Origin: Tubiluchus corallicola | Lineage: Eukaryota; Animalia; Priapulida | Reading direction: 5' to 3' | Length of the DNA stretch: 64,000 bases | Assembly: GCA_030141605.1 (NCBI GenBank) | Contig: JAQGDQ010000481.1 | Coordinates: forward strand, 1 to 64,000 | Shown here: piece by piece, positions 29,956 through 42,275 of the stretch | Numbering within the stretch: position 1 is the first letter of the stretch | Layout: each line of letters starts with the position of its first letter | The notes under the pieces: generated by a model | Seen by the model: only the letters and a program-made list of their open reading frames with translations | Told to the model about the DNA's origin: nothing | Databases searched by the model: none | Program-made: the position numbers and the translations under genes

Positions 29956-30924
29956 CAGAGAGAGAGAGGGGGAGGGTGTGTGTGTGTGTGTGCACGTAAC
30001 TGTGAGGGTGTGTATGTGTCAGAGAGAAAGAGAGAGAGAGAGGGGGAGGGTGTGTGTGAGTGTGTATGTGTCAGAGAGAGAGAGAGAGAGAGAGAGGGGG
30101 AGGGTGTGTGTGAGTGTGTATGTGTCAGAGAGAGAGAGAGAGAGAGAGGGGGGGAGGGTGTGTGTGAGTGTGTATGTGTCAGAGAGAGAGAGGGTGTGTG
30201 TGGGGGGGGGGGGTAGTGTGCGTACGTGTGTTTGTTGTGTGTTGTGTGGGTGTGTATGTGTCAGAGAGAGAGAAGGTGTGTGTGTGTGTGTGAGGAGGTC
30301 TGTGCATGTATACTTGGGTGTGGGTATGTTTGGTGTGCGTGTGTGCGTGGGTGGGCGGGTGCATGTGCACGCGCATGCATGTGTGTGTATTTGCGTGTGC
30401 CCTTTACGATTGTCACTCCTCAATATGACGTCCAAAATAATGCTTTTCAGGAATTCTACTGTCCTTTATGCTGCAGCGTACCTCCATATGTGGTGTCCTA
30501 GGAGAACCAGCCTAACCTTTAATGTCACTTACTAGCATGACCACAATAGTCATCTTAATAAATAAAATATTCATTTCCCACTGATTATTTCAGGCACTGA
30601 GTCAATAAAAACTGATTCGAATGACTCAGAAATTACTCAAAAGTGAGTAAACTAATCATTGGAATTGGTTGCTGAGTTATAAGAATCATTTAGGATTCAT
30701 GATTACACTGGGAAAACTACTTTAGTGGTTGTGGCGTTCACTTTGAAGCCGAAATTTCTCTGGTTCGAATCCAGCTCTGACCGGATTTCTTCATTTTTTT
30801 CTTTCGGACGAGATTGGTCTCAAAAGTGTAAAAAGTGCGAGTTCATTAAAAATTTATTATTTGAATATTTCAAGTTCACGTTAAATTAGATTTGATTAGA
30901 TTAGATTAGGTTATATTTGATTAT

Positions 30925-31479
30925 TGGTTGGCATCCTTCTGTCTCGGAAGACAATGGAGTGTGTGTCAAGGGAGTCAGTTATTGATCACATTGATGGAGC
31001 TGCAGCGTCGACTGTAACTGAGCAGTGCGATCCTTGAACCACTGGAGTGACCACTCCAGGGCGCACGCCTGGGCAAGGTGTATGGAAATCCTGAGTTGCC
31101 CAGACAACAGGAACCCCCTCTCTTCCTCGCTAGTGTAGTCCAAAGGAAAGCGGAGCGATACGTGTGGCACCAGGTTGGCTGCAGGAGCTGCCGGAGTCAG
31201 TGAGCATGCTGTACTGGTCCGCCTTCGGGGCTCCGCTCCTGATTTGGAAGGTTTACTCCTCTACACATGGAGTTGGGTCACTTGACCTCCTCCGGCCTCT
31301 AGCCGTTGGCTGCTTGTGCAGCTCCTCTGCCTAGTGTCGAGACACAGTGTGGGCATCCCGCAAGCCTACAGCACCTGGTATTCCTCGGCGGTCACCCATC
31401 CAAGCACTAACCAGGCTCTACGTTGCTTAACTTCGGTGATCAGACGAGAACCGGTGTTTTCAACGTGATTTGGCCGTAG
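30925..31479 (-). mobile_element. 5S rRNA-headed SINE, copy 2, with a 13-bp TSD
   Basis: 5S-like head at ~31362-31479. TATATTTGATTAT occurs at 30912-30924 and 31480-31492. Confidence 0.88.
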
Positions 31480-31587
31480 TATATTTGATTATATTAGATA
31501 TAAAATTTATCTAATTCAGGAACTAATTTAGTTTTTCTTATTTATGCACAGCATTCTAACCGTTTTGATGTTTATATTTTTTTCAAG

Positions 31588-31812
31588 GTTTTCGTGTTAC
31601 AAGTTCGTGAGAATATTTTCACTAAGTCACCAGAATTTGTCATTAAAATCACCAAACTTGGGGAAACAATGGGAGAATATTTTGGTGCAGCTGTAGAAGC
31701 AGCTGACGTAAACAATGATGGTCTGGATGACTTGATAGTGGGAGCTCCACTTTATTCACCAGCTGGAAGTGGAACAATTGAACAAGGACGCGTCCACGTC
31801 TTTATGAATGAG
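31588..31812 (+). CDS. Integrin alpha exon 7
   Basis: GEYFGAAVEAADVNNDGLDDLIVGAP, a Ca-binding FG-GAP repeat; |gtgagt. Confidence 0.95.
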
Positions 31813-32713
31813 GTGAGTGCGCTAATCTTTAAGAAACAGTGCCAAGTAACTCTATAAATCCATCTACGTTGCCGTGCTGTTGTTCATGCAATAAGTTTTT
31901 AGTTATGTAAATTAAAAGTTTTTAGTTAATTTTTATATTGTGACGTCCTAGTAGAATTACTCTGTATTCTACGATTTTTGCGATAAAACGGATACCATGA
32001 CAACGATAAACGAGAATTGATACATTTACGAAGAAACTGATTCCATGATAGCAATAAATGGTGTCCTAAATGACATGTCCAGGCAATTCAATAAGCGAGT
32101 ATCCAAATGTTTTATTCCGAACTAGTTATTCTACATTAAGCGAGAAAACGTGTGTGTGTGTGTGTGTGTGCGTGCGTGTGAGTATACGTGTGTGTGTGTG
32201 TACATGTGCATGTGCTTGTGCGTGTATGTGTATATGTTTATGTATGTGTATGTGTATATGTATGTGTGTATGTATATGTGTATGTGTGTGTGTGTGTGTG
32301 CATGTGTGTGTGTATGCTTATGTGTATGTGTATGTGTTTATGTATGTGTATATGTATATGTGTGGGTGTGTGTGTATGTTTATGTGCATGTGTATGTGTT
32401 TATGTATGCGTATGCGTAGCCGTGTGTGTGTGTGTGCGTGTGCGTGTGCGTGTGCGTGTGTGCGTGTGTGTGTGCGTGCGTGTGTGTGTATGTGTATGTG
32501 TATGTGTATATGTATATATAATGTAACTGTAGGTTGAATTTATAATAATGTGTATCTAATGACAGAAATGTCAGAGAAAAATGAATAATACAATAAGATT
32601 GCTATTCATTGTCTTCATTCGTTCATATAATTCAACCGTCTGTGATATTTTGACATTCTGCTGCTTATAAAGAAAAAAATCATCTCCGAAAATGCCATTA
32701 TTGTATATTGCAG

Positions 32714-32804
32714 GGCGTAGGCGATGACCCATTAAGTGTCCAACTTATTTTGGAGGGCAACAAAAACAACCGGGCGAGATTTGGGACTGCAGTTAATGTC
32801 GTAG
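32714..32804 (+). CDS. Integrin alpha exon 8
   Basis: tgcag|...LEGNKNNRARFGTAVNVV G|gtacat. Confidence 0.9.
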
Positions 32805-33079
32805 GTACATAATTTCTATCAAATGTTGTCTACGTTGTACTTGAAGAGCTTGGAAAGTTGGACAGAGAATTTCACTGCATTTAGTACGGCGCCAATAATG
32901 TTAGGGACCACCATTACTTCAAAGTTACGTCGTGGACAAACTGTTTTAAAATAGCAAGGAAAAATATATTTTAGTTTTTTAAAATGTTAATTTAATTTAT
33001 TAATTCTGTCGTGAGTACAACAGGACAAGCTTTTATGTTTGCAAATATAACAACAGACAGTTGTTGTGTTTGATAAATT

Positions 33080-33705
33080 AAATGAAATACTCCTGCCTGA
33101 AAACCTTAATATAGCTGCCTTAGGAAATAATGATCTGTTGAAGTTGTTATTATTCGGAAAAGATGAATTTAACTATGTTGCTAACTGTAAAATATTCCAA
33201 TGCATACATGACTTTATATTACGTGCTAAACGCTTCCAGTAGTTTCTATCTGATATGAAATGCATCAGTCTTAAATATTCGTACATTAATATTTTCTAAC
33301 CGTCATTTTCTACTAATGTCTAATGTAATCTTGTGGTAAAACTTGTCAGCTTGTGTAGTTATAGTCTATTCTTACTGTAAATGTTACTAATATCTAATAT
33401 AATCTTGTAGTAAAACTTGTCAGCTTGTGTAGTTATAGTCTATTCTTACTGTAAATGTTACTAATATCTAATATAATCTTGTAGTAAAACTTGTCAGCTT
33501 GTGTAGTTATAGTCTATTCTTACTGTAAATGTTACTAATGTCTAATATAATCTTGTAGTAAAACTTGTCAGCTTGTGTAGTTATGGTCTATTCTTACTGT
33601 AATGTTTTTGTAAATAGTGTGTATAGACTTGTGGTGAGGATCCTAAATCAGGTTTTTTAAACTGTCTGATCCAATCCTATAATAAATTATGTTTAAACTA
33701 ACAAC
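33080..33705 (+). mobile_element. 5'-truncated LINE 3' end (CR1/L2-group-like)
   Basis: Encodes ...NDLLKLLLFGKDEFNYVANCKIFQCIHDFILRAKRFQ*, an ORF2 C-terminus. The 3' UTR has a ~71-bp unit x4 and ends aataaattatgtttaaactaac. Confidence 0.8.
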
Positions 33706-33999
33706 ACAAGCTTACAAATTACATCACACTTTCAACAAACACACACAAAGTCATCTTACATACAAAACTTGCAAATTTGCTTTGACGACACTGCAAATGA
33801 TGAAATTGTCAAAGTGAGTTTATCGTTTCCCAATTTTAACATCTAGCGTAGAGAATAACTGTCATAGAGTGAACACGCACGTTAGATTCCACGAGACTCC
33901 GCGAGATTCCGCGAGACTAGTCAGTCAAGCTTAACATATAATTTATTAAATTTCTCTACGATGATCAGGAACTTGTGATTGAACTGCTTCTTCTCCTAG

Positions 34000-34224
34000 G
34001 AGATCTCAACTTGGACGGGTTTCCTGATCTCATCATTGGCGCCCCCTACGAAGACGAAGGACAAGGTGCAGTGTACGTGTATCGAGGATCATACAGTGGC
34101 ATAAAATCTGAGCATGCGCAGAGAATTGGTGCTGCGGATATCACTCAGCTTGTAGGTGGGAACTTGTACGGATTGGGATGGTCTATTTCCACATCATTGG
34201 ACGTTGACAATAACTTTTATCCAG
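34000..34224 (+). CDS. Integrin alpha exon 9
   Basis: DLNLDGFPDLIIGAPYED...GAVYVYRG...LGWSI...DVDNNFYP. Confidence 0.95.
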
Positions 34225-34352
34225 GTTTGAAAAGCAATATTGTGCAAATGTCATAATTGGTTCCACTATCAAAATCCATCTTCATTACTAATTTAGTTAT
34301 AGTTGAGTTATTATTATTATAGTTCGGTTATTATTTGTTTATTCTGTGGTTA

Positions 34353-34719
34353 TGTTGTGTTTTGTTTCTCTCGGAAGGCTCGTAGAGAAAACCAGAAAAC
34401 ACTTCATCATCAAATTAAACTAGTTTATTAAGCGAGAATTCTACAACACAAAAGTATGAAGGAACGCGAAATGATTACAGTAAACATGAAAATCTGGAAA
34501 ACGTTTAAGTGTATCTGAAAATACAAGTATACAAGAGAATGTGTAAGTGGCGTCCGTGTGTCTCTCTCAGCGGCCTGCTTCACGTTATATAGGGTGCCAG
34601 GGAACATTCTAGACGTTTCATTCCAGAACAGTCTACAGCCAACGGTAAGACGATTATTCTAACGGAACATTCTACAATGTTCTATTTAATTCTAATAGAT
34701 GCCAGCGATCTCCACAACA
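34353..34719 (-). mobile_element. Solo LTR, copy 1
   Basis: TGTTGTG...CACAACA termini and a 5-bp TSD GGTTA on both sides. TATA and AATAAA lie on the minus strand. A homolog is at 61154-61532. Confidence 0.85.
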
Positions 34720-35272
34720 GGTTAGAGCTGCTTGCTGATTATTGTTGTTTATAGCGTGGCGTGTGAGTAGCCACGACGGGCATGGCAAACTATCAAGACG
34801 TGAGTTAAGGAGCAACACATTTATTAAATATTAAACACAACACAGTAAATATCATAAGTTAGTAATGTCAGCCCTCCGTCTCCAAGTCAGTTCTTCATCT
34901 TTTTTTTGATTTGCGGGCATCAGGCACTTTTGACTAACCCTCTAATGCGCCGTGAGCTTCTGCGTGATCATCAGCATGAGTCAATCAGTCAGTCGATGGA
35001 AGATCGGCTGGTCACGTGATGCCACACCTAACTAGGTTTCTTGTCAAGCATTTGATTAAGTTAAATAATTTAATCGCATATTTCATCAGAATCATTATTT
35101 AACACAGCTACCGTTTACTATTATTATTATCGCTTAGTTACCGGGGCGTCTAAATAACGTAATTTCTCTGCCTGTTAGACAAAGCCTCTTTCATAACATC
35201 CCTGTCTCAGTGACTTGCAATAACAGATGCTGCAGGGTCTTTCTTATGACTTTAACGATCACTATTTTACAG

Positions 35273-35479
35273 ATTTTGCTGTGGGTGCCTACGAATCAGA
35301 CGCCGCCATTTTGTTCTTTACTAGACCTGTAATACGAGCTTCTGCAACGCTGTCATTTGAACCCAGTAAAATCAACGTAAACAATGCCGAATGTTCGAGC
35401 ATAGGCGGCGCTAAAGTAGCTTGTTCCACAGCCACTGTCTGTTTAAATTACACAGGACAACATGTGCCAACAGTAACAG
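35273..35479 (+). CDS. Integrin alpha exon 10
   Basis: DFAVGAYESDAAILFFTRPVI..., the end of the propeller and start of the thigh domain. Confidence 0.93.
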
Positions 35480-35629
35480 GTAAACTTCCGAGTAAAATTG
35501 TCTGTAAATTAAACTGAATTTGTGTTGATACAGCATCATATTTGACTCATATTATTTTATTGTGTAGCGGTTCGGCTATAGTTCCTCTTAAATGTGTAAG
35601 TTAAGATTAAGATGTGATTCAGAAGATTA

Positions 35630-36151
35630 CAGTCATTTGCAAAAGTATAAGACCAAGCTCGAGTTTTCGGGATTTTCATCATACTGTACCCTGATTGCAT
35701 CAGATTCTATGTTGATTGCATCAAACTGCTAGTGGTTTGAAACAGTGACGTCTAGTGAGTATGAGTGACTCATTTGCCTGCCGCTATCCATACAGATCGG
35801 CCGTTTTTGTATTTTCTTGTGGGCAAAAAATCGTCATTGAGTGAGTCTCAGAGGGTTCAAATCGTGATTTTTCATCAAGAAGGATATACTGAAAGGGCGA
35901 TAAGTACTAGATTACGGTTTTCCAAGACAACCGTGCACTAAACTATCGTCAAATTCGAGACTGATGGTACTTACAGCGAGAGGAAACGGTCTGTGACTGT
36001 GACTATTTTTGGACAAAAACATACAAACTATGCTGTAGTATATTTTTCTAGAAGAATAAATGAATAGTTTTTAGATGGAACCGTGTTAAACGATGGTTCT
36101 GTCAATTTCCATGAAAAAATCACTTTGGTCTTAAACTTTTGCAAAGGACTG
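35630..36151 (+). mobile_element. Tc1/mariner internal-deletion derivative
   Basis: TIRs TA-cagtcatttgcaaaagtataagaccaa ... ttggtcttaaacttttgcaaaggactg-TA. The internal GKKSSLSESQRVQIVIFHQEGYTERAISTRLRFSKTTVH*TIVKF is a transposase HTH remnant. Confidence 0.85.
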
Positions 36152-36274
36152 TATCACGTGTTTTGACTTTTGCATTGAACTCCCTCTTGCCACATACCTA
36201 TTTTGCGACTGTACATACAGAAAAGTTTCACAACTTAGGTAGCAAAAAAGTGTGAAACTACAATTTATGTTTAG

Positions 36275-36423
36275 ACTTTGCTGTGACGCTCAAGATCAGG
36301 CAAGAAGTCGCAAAAAGAGCTTACTTCTACGTGGACGAGACGACGACAAAACATGAAGTGTCATACAACGCATCAGTTTTCTACAATAAACATCATTGTT
36401 CGTCCATTGAATTACACGTAAAC
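36275..36423 (+). CDS. Integrin alpha exon 11
   Basis: tttag|..FAVTLKIRQEVAKRAYF...HCSSIELHVN|gtaagt. Phase 0 matches the exon at 55744. Confidence 0.85.
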
Positions 36424-37334
36424 GTAAGTAAAGTACGTTTAAAAGTTTTGCTTTTTCAGAACATTGTTCAAATGTGAGTAGATCTTTCATCCAAGTTTCT
36501 TAATCATGTAGAATGATAAATAACTTCACAAGGTAATTGTGCAAAAACATGGGATTGCGAAAGTGCAGGATTAACGTCTTATACAGATGATGATAATGAT
36601 GATGATGACGATGATGATAAGTCTTTATTAGCCTATTTTTGCAGGCAAAAATATCTGTACTAACATTATACAATTTCACATGGACACTAATCAGAGTGAA
36701 TTCTACAATATTACATTTACGGATTCTGTAATTAGCTTTTCTAATTTGTACGTATAACATTTCTTACAGTGATATTAAACAAGAAGTATTGAAGTGCGTG
36801 CTAAAATCAAGGTTATTAATGCAGCAAGTTTCTTCTGAAGTAACATAAAAATGCTGATGAATTGATATACCAAATTATTAGATTACAATTTAATGTTTAA
36901 ATCCATAGCGTTACTATACAGAGTGGAATGGTTAGAAAACTCTACAAAATGGATTACTTACATACTTGCGTTAATTTGCAGCGTATTTCGCTACCATGTT
37001 CAATCTATTTCTGCTCAATAACAATTGATTTCACTGCAGATTCTACAACAACAGACCTCACAGGTCCAACACTTGAACTACCCACACTGTTGCTACCACT
37101 TCTACTAAATGTTGAACGGCACAGCAGCTTCTTAAAACAAATTCAAAAGTCTTGATTTTGAAATACATAAATTAACAGGTTGATAAGGCCGTTAAGTGTG
37201 ACACCAATTACTCGTATGTTATTCAACATAATTTTATCATAATCTACAAAATAGATGGCTTACAGATACATTTGTGTTAAGTTGAAGCATGCTTCATTAA
37301 TATGTTCATACAATTTCTGTACAATAGCAATAAT

Positions 37335-38366
37335 TTATACCACTGCAGATTCTACAACAACAGACCTTACTGGTCCAACACTTGAGCTACCCACACTGTT
37401 GCTGCCATTTCTACTAAGTGTTGAACGGCACAGAAGCTTCTTAAAACAAACTCGAAAGTCCTGATTTTGAAACACATAAATGAGCGGGTTTATCATGCTG
37501 TTAACTGTGATGCCCACTGCTCGAATGTTATTCAGCACTTCGTATTCTTGGTACGTTGTACTGGCCATTATAAAGTGAATCATATGTGGACCCAACAGAG
37601 TCATTGATGTTCCAATGATAATAGCACTCATGCGAGTTGCTTTTAGTTGTGCAATAAAGAATATGCCACTGTTGCTTGTATTCCGAGTTCTTTGCTTGTG
37701 GTTTTTGACCCACAGAATGATCCGCCCATATGATGTAAGTGCATATGCCCAGGCAAACACGTAGTGTGCAGTAATAAGAAATATAAACCATTGAGGAACT
37801 ACAAAATCCATCAAACAATCAAATCTACCTGTCCAGGTTTTCAGCACCTGTATTTGTGCGAAAACACCCATTAAAATAGAATATAATAAAGACAAAATAA
37901 TGAGCTTCATGAACCTTCTTAGATTCATTGTTAATTTATATTTCACAGGCTTTGTTATGGCGGAAATCCTGTCGTAAGTGACTAATGTCATAATCCACAA
38001 ACTTGATATCATATTAAAGGTGGCAAAAAAGATAAGACACGAGCACAAATATGCGCTCATATCAGGGATAAATGTGTATACTATCCACATGGGTGGGGCT
38101 CCCAATCCCCACATAAGATCTGAAGCAGCCAGACAAGCAAGAAATTTGTTTGCAAAAGTTTGCAAACTTTTAAACTTTGCCACAGCAATAATGACCAGCG
38201 CGTTGAGAAACACTGTGAGAACACCAATAGGAACCATCATTAATATTTCTACATAATCCAGCATCACCGTAGTCGAAATGTCCATCCTAGTAAGATTCAT
38301 GTTCAGATTAATGTTCACTGAAGCACTGTCAAAACTGAACGTTGTCGATGAATTGTTCACGTGCAT
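37335..38366 (-). CDS. Intronless class A (rhodopsin-like) orphan GPCR, copy 1
   Basis: 343 aa with 7 hydrophobic segments, TM1 Asn, LAASD, YDRI (DRY variant), SYGRI, NSMINPLIY, helix 8 FRVCF and N-terminal N-glycosylation sites. Confidence 0.93.
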   Translation of the reverse strand: MHVNNSSTTFSFDSASVNINLNMNLTRMDISTTVMLDYVEILMMVPIGVLTVFLNALVIIAVAKFKSLQTFANKFLACLAASDLMWGLGAPPMWIVYTFIPDMSAYLCSCLIFFATFNMISSLWIMTLVTYDRISAITKPVKYKLTMNLRRFMKLIILSLLYSILMGVFAQIQVLKTWTGRFDCLMDFVVPQWFIFLITAHYVFAWAYALTSYGRIILWVKNHKQRTRNTSNSGIFFIAQLKATRMSAIIIGTSMTLLGPHMIHFIMASTTYQEYEVLNNIRAVGITVNSMINPLIYVFQNQDFRVCFKKLLCRSTLSRNGSNSVGSSSVGPVRSVVVESAVV

Positions 38367-38726
38367 TGTAAAAACCTTATAGGCCCAATCTGAAAGTTAC
38401 CCCAAACACAATTTATTTTGTCCACATGTGGCAACGTGTAGAATCACGCACTTTCTCGTTTCACGAATGAAGTTCTTTCTATTTTCTCAAACTTTGATGT
38501 ATCGTCAAAGTTCATGAATTCAATTCATTGTTGTCGTTCAAGCAAGCAACAGATTACATGAGAAACACAACACATGGCAACGTTTTCTTTCACAGACTCT
38601 CTTGGCGTAGCTGACAAAAAAGAAATTACAGTGCAGAATTTTCGTAAAAGTAAAATGGTAAAACTCAAGGGCTGCAGTGCACAATAAGAAAATGTAAGTG
38701 CTGAATGGCACAACAACTTTTTAAAG

Positions 38727-38980
38727 CAGGCTTGAAAGTCTTGGTTTTGAAACACAGGCTTGAAAGTCTTGATTTTGAAACACAGGCTTGAAAGTCTTGA
38801 TTTTGAAACACAGGCTTGAAAGTCTTGATTTTGAAACACAGGCTTGAAAGTCTCGATTTTGAAACACAAGCTTGAAAGTCTTGATTTTGAAACACAGGCT
38901 TGAAAGTCTTGATTTTGAAACACAGGCTTGAAAGTCTTGATTTTGAAACACAGGCTTGAAAGTCTCGATTTTGAAACACA
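38727..38980. repeat. 28-bp VNTR within a GPCR TM6-TM7-helix 8 pseudo-fragment; recurs in each array unit
   Basis: Unit caggcttgaaagtcttgattttgaaaca, ~9 copies here. Also at 41223-41503, 43662-43914, 46158-46380, 48628-48825 and 52683-52963. Confidence 0.9.
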
Positions 38981-39830
38981 GGTTTATAAAGCTGTTAATT
39001 GTGACACCAGTCTCTCGAATGTTACTCAGCACGTCATATTCTCTGTTCCCGGTAACAAATGAATCAATTTGGACCTAACAGAACTACTGATGCTCCAATG
39101 ACAATCGCACTCATACAACAACCAACTCTCCACATTTTTCGCTTAGTTTGCCCAACTAAACACAAACTGTTGTTAGACTATGACATCCAGAAGACAGTGC
39201 AATCCATCCTTTCGATTTTTCCGTGCCTGTATATGTGCTATCAGAAATGTGAAGAAAATTGTGAATATCATAAAACTATTCAAAATTCAGTGGCAAAGTG
39301 AACAGGCAATCAGATTTACCTAGCACAAAAAGAAAATTGAACTTCAAAAATAAAATGGCAGTGCTACAAGCCTCAAATCTTATGAAGTGGTAAACTGGAA
39401 AACTTACAAACGGCATTTCTCCATGCTGACTTATGATGCTCAAGATCTATAATTCTGCAAAATACTTAGCATATAATTGAACAGTTTGAAAAAGTTTTGC
39501 CATGCTGACTTATGATACTCAAGATCTATAATTTAGTGCTGCAGTTTCTGTACCAGTTGACATTACTGAAATGACATTAAATCTACTACCGTCATTTCTG
39601 CTAAAGTCTGAATGGCACAACAACTTCTTAAAAGAAATTCAAAAGTCTTGATTTTGAAACACATGAATTAACGGGTTTATAAAGCTGTTAAGTGTGACAC
39701 CAATTACTCGGATGTTATTCAACATAATTTTATCATTATCTACAAAATAGATGGCTTACACATACATTTGTGTTAAGTTGAAGCATGCTTCACTAATACG
39801 TTCATTCAATTTCTGTACAATAGCAATAAT

Positions 39831-40862
39831 TTATACCACTGCAGATTCTACCACAAAAGACCTTACTGGTCCAACACTTGAACTACCCACACTGTTGCTG
39901 CCATTTCTACTAAGTGTTGAACGGCACAGAAGCTTCTTAAAACAAACTCGAAAGTCGTGATTTTGAAACACATAAATGAGCGGGTTTATCATACTGTTAA
40001 GCGTGATGCCCACAATTCGAATGTTATTCAGCACTTCGTATTCTTGGTACGTTGTACTGGCCATTATAAAGTGAATCATATTTGGACCCAACAGAGTCAT
40101 TGACGTTCCAATGATAATAGCACTCATGCGAGTTGCTCTTAGTTGTGCAATAAAAAATAAGCCACTGTTGCTTGTATTCCGAGTTCTTTGCTTGTGGTTT
40201 TTGACCCATAGAATGATCCGCCCATATGATGTAAGTGCATATGCCCAGGCCAGCACGTAGTGTGCAGTAATAAGAAATATAAACCATTGAGGAACTACAA
40301 AATCCATCAAACAATCAAATCTAGCTGTCCAGGTTTTCAGCACCTGTATTTGTGCGAAAACACCCATTAAAATAGAATATAATAAAGACAAAATAATGAG
40401 CTTCATGAACCTTCTTAGATTCATTGTTAATTTATATTTCACAGGCTTTGTTATGGCGGAAATCCTGTCGTAAGTGACTAATGTCATAATCCACAAACTT
40501 GATATCATATTAAAGGTGGCAAAAAAGATAAGACACGAGCACAAATATGCACTCATATCAGGGATAAAAGTGTATATTATCCACATAGATTGTGCTCCCA
40601 GTCCCCACATTAGATCTGAGGCTGCCAGACAAGCAAGGAATTTGTTTGCAAAAGTTTGCAAACTTTTAAACTTTGCCACAGCTATAATGACCAGCGCATT
40701 GAGAAACACTGTGAGAACACCAATAGGAACCATCATTAATATTTCTACATAATCCAGCATCACTGTAGTCGAAATGTCCATCCTAGTAAGATTCATGTTC
40801 AGATTAATGTTCACTGAAGCACTGTCAAAACTGAACGTTGTCGATGAATTGTTCACGTGCAT
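39831..40862 (-). CDS. Class A orphan GPCR, copy 2
   Basis: Intact 343-aa ORF, near-identical to copy 1. Confidence 0.93.
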   Translation of the reverse strand: MHVNNSSTTFSFDSASVNINLNMNLTRMDISTTVMLDYVEILMMVPIGVLTVFLNALVIIAVAKFKSLQTFANKFLACLAASDLMWGLGAQSMWIIYTFIPDMSAYLCSCLIFFATFNMISSLWIMTLVTYDRISAITKPVKYKLTMNLRRFMKLIILSLLYSILMGVFAQIQVLKTWTARFDCLMDFVVPQWFIFLITAHYVLAWAYALTSYGRIILWVKNHKQRTRNTSNSGLFFIAQLRATRMSAIIIGTSMTLLGPNMIHFIMASTTYQEYEVLNNIRIVGITLNSMINPLIYVFQNHDFRVCFKKLLCRSTLSRNGSNSVGSSSVGPVRSFVVESAVV

Positions 40863-42275
40863 TGTAAAAACCTTATAGGCCCAATCTGAAAGTTACCCCA
40901 AACACAATTTATTTTGTCCACATGTGGCAACGTGTAGAATCACGCACTTTCTCGTTTCACGAATGAAGTTCTTTCTATTTTCTCAAACTTTCATGTATCG
41001 TCAAAGTTCATGAATTCAATTCATTGTTGTCGTTCAAGCAAGCAACAGATTACATGAGAAGCACAACACATGGCAATGTTTTCTTTTGCAGACTCTCTTG
41101 GCGTAGCTGACAAAAAAGAAATTACAGTGCAGAATTTTCGTAAAAGTAAAATGGTAAAACTCAAGGGCTGCAGTGCACAATAAGAAAATGTAAGTGCTGA
41201 ATGGCACAACAACTTTTTAAAGCAGGCTTGAAAGTCTTGGTTTTGAAACACAGGCTTGAAAGTCTTGATTTTGAAACACAGGCTTGAAAGTCTCGATTTT
41301 GAAACACAAGCTTGAAAGTCTCGATTTTGAAACACAGGCTTGAAAGTCTTGATTTTGAAACACAGGCTTGAAAGTCTTGATTTTGAAACACAGGCTTGAA
41401 AGTCTCGATTTTGAAACACAGGCTTGAAAGTCTTGATTTTGAAACACAAGCTTGAAAGTATTGATTTTGAAACACAGGCTTGAAAGTCTCGATTTTGAAA
41501 CACAGGTTTATAAAGCTGTTAATTGTGACACCAGTCTCTCGAATGTTACTCAGCACGTCATATTCTCTGTTCCCGGTAACAAATGAATCAATTTGGACCT
41601 AACAGAACTACTGATGCTCCAATGACAATCGCACTCATACAACAACCAACCCTCCACATTTTTCGCTTAGTTTGCCCAACTAAACACAAACTGTTGTTAG
41701 ACTATGAAATCCAGAAGACAGTGCAATCCATCCTTTCGATTTTTCCGTGCCTGTATATGTGCTATCAGAAATGTGAAGAAAATTGTGAATATCATAAAAC
41801 TATTCAAAATTCAGTGGCAAAGTGAACAGGCAATCAGATTTACCTAGCACAAAAAGAAAATTGAACTTCAAAAATAAAATGGCAGTGTTACAAGCCTCAA
41901 ATCTTATGAAGTGGTAAACTGGAAAACTTACAAACAGTATTTCTTCATGCTGACTTATGATACTCAAGATCTATAATTTAGTGCTGCAGTTTCTGTACCA
42001 GTTGACATTACTGAAATGACATTAAATCTACTACCGTCATTTCTGCTAAAGTCTGAATGGCACAACAACTTCTTAAAAGAAATTCAAAAGTCTTGATTTT
42101 GAAACACATGAATTAACGGGTTTATAAAGCTGTTAAGTGTGACACCAATTACTCGGATGTTATTCAACATAATTTTATCATAATCTACAAAATAGATGGC
42201 TTACACATACATTTGTGTTAAGTTGAAGCAGGCTTCACTAATACGTTCATACAATTTCTGTACAATAGCAATAAT

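Noticed and set aside
30720-30785. tRNA gene (B-box ggttcgaatcc)
   Set aside because: No complete cloverleaf can be folded; at most it is a decayed tRNA-SINE head.
38525-39301. Repeated small ORFs in array spacers (MFQNQDF..., MNQFGPN..., antisense MTNVII...)
   Set aside because: They are frame-cycling VNTR translations, pseudogene fragments or shadows of the GPCR ORF. They recur only because the unit is duplicated.
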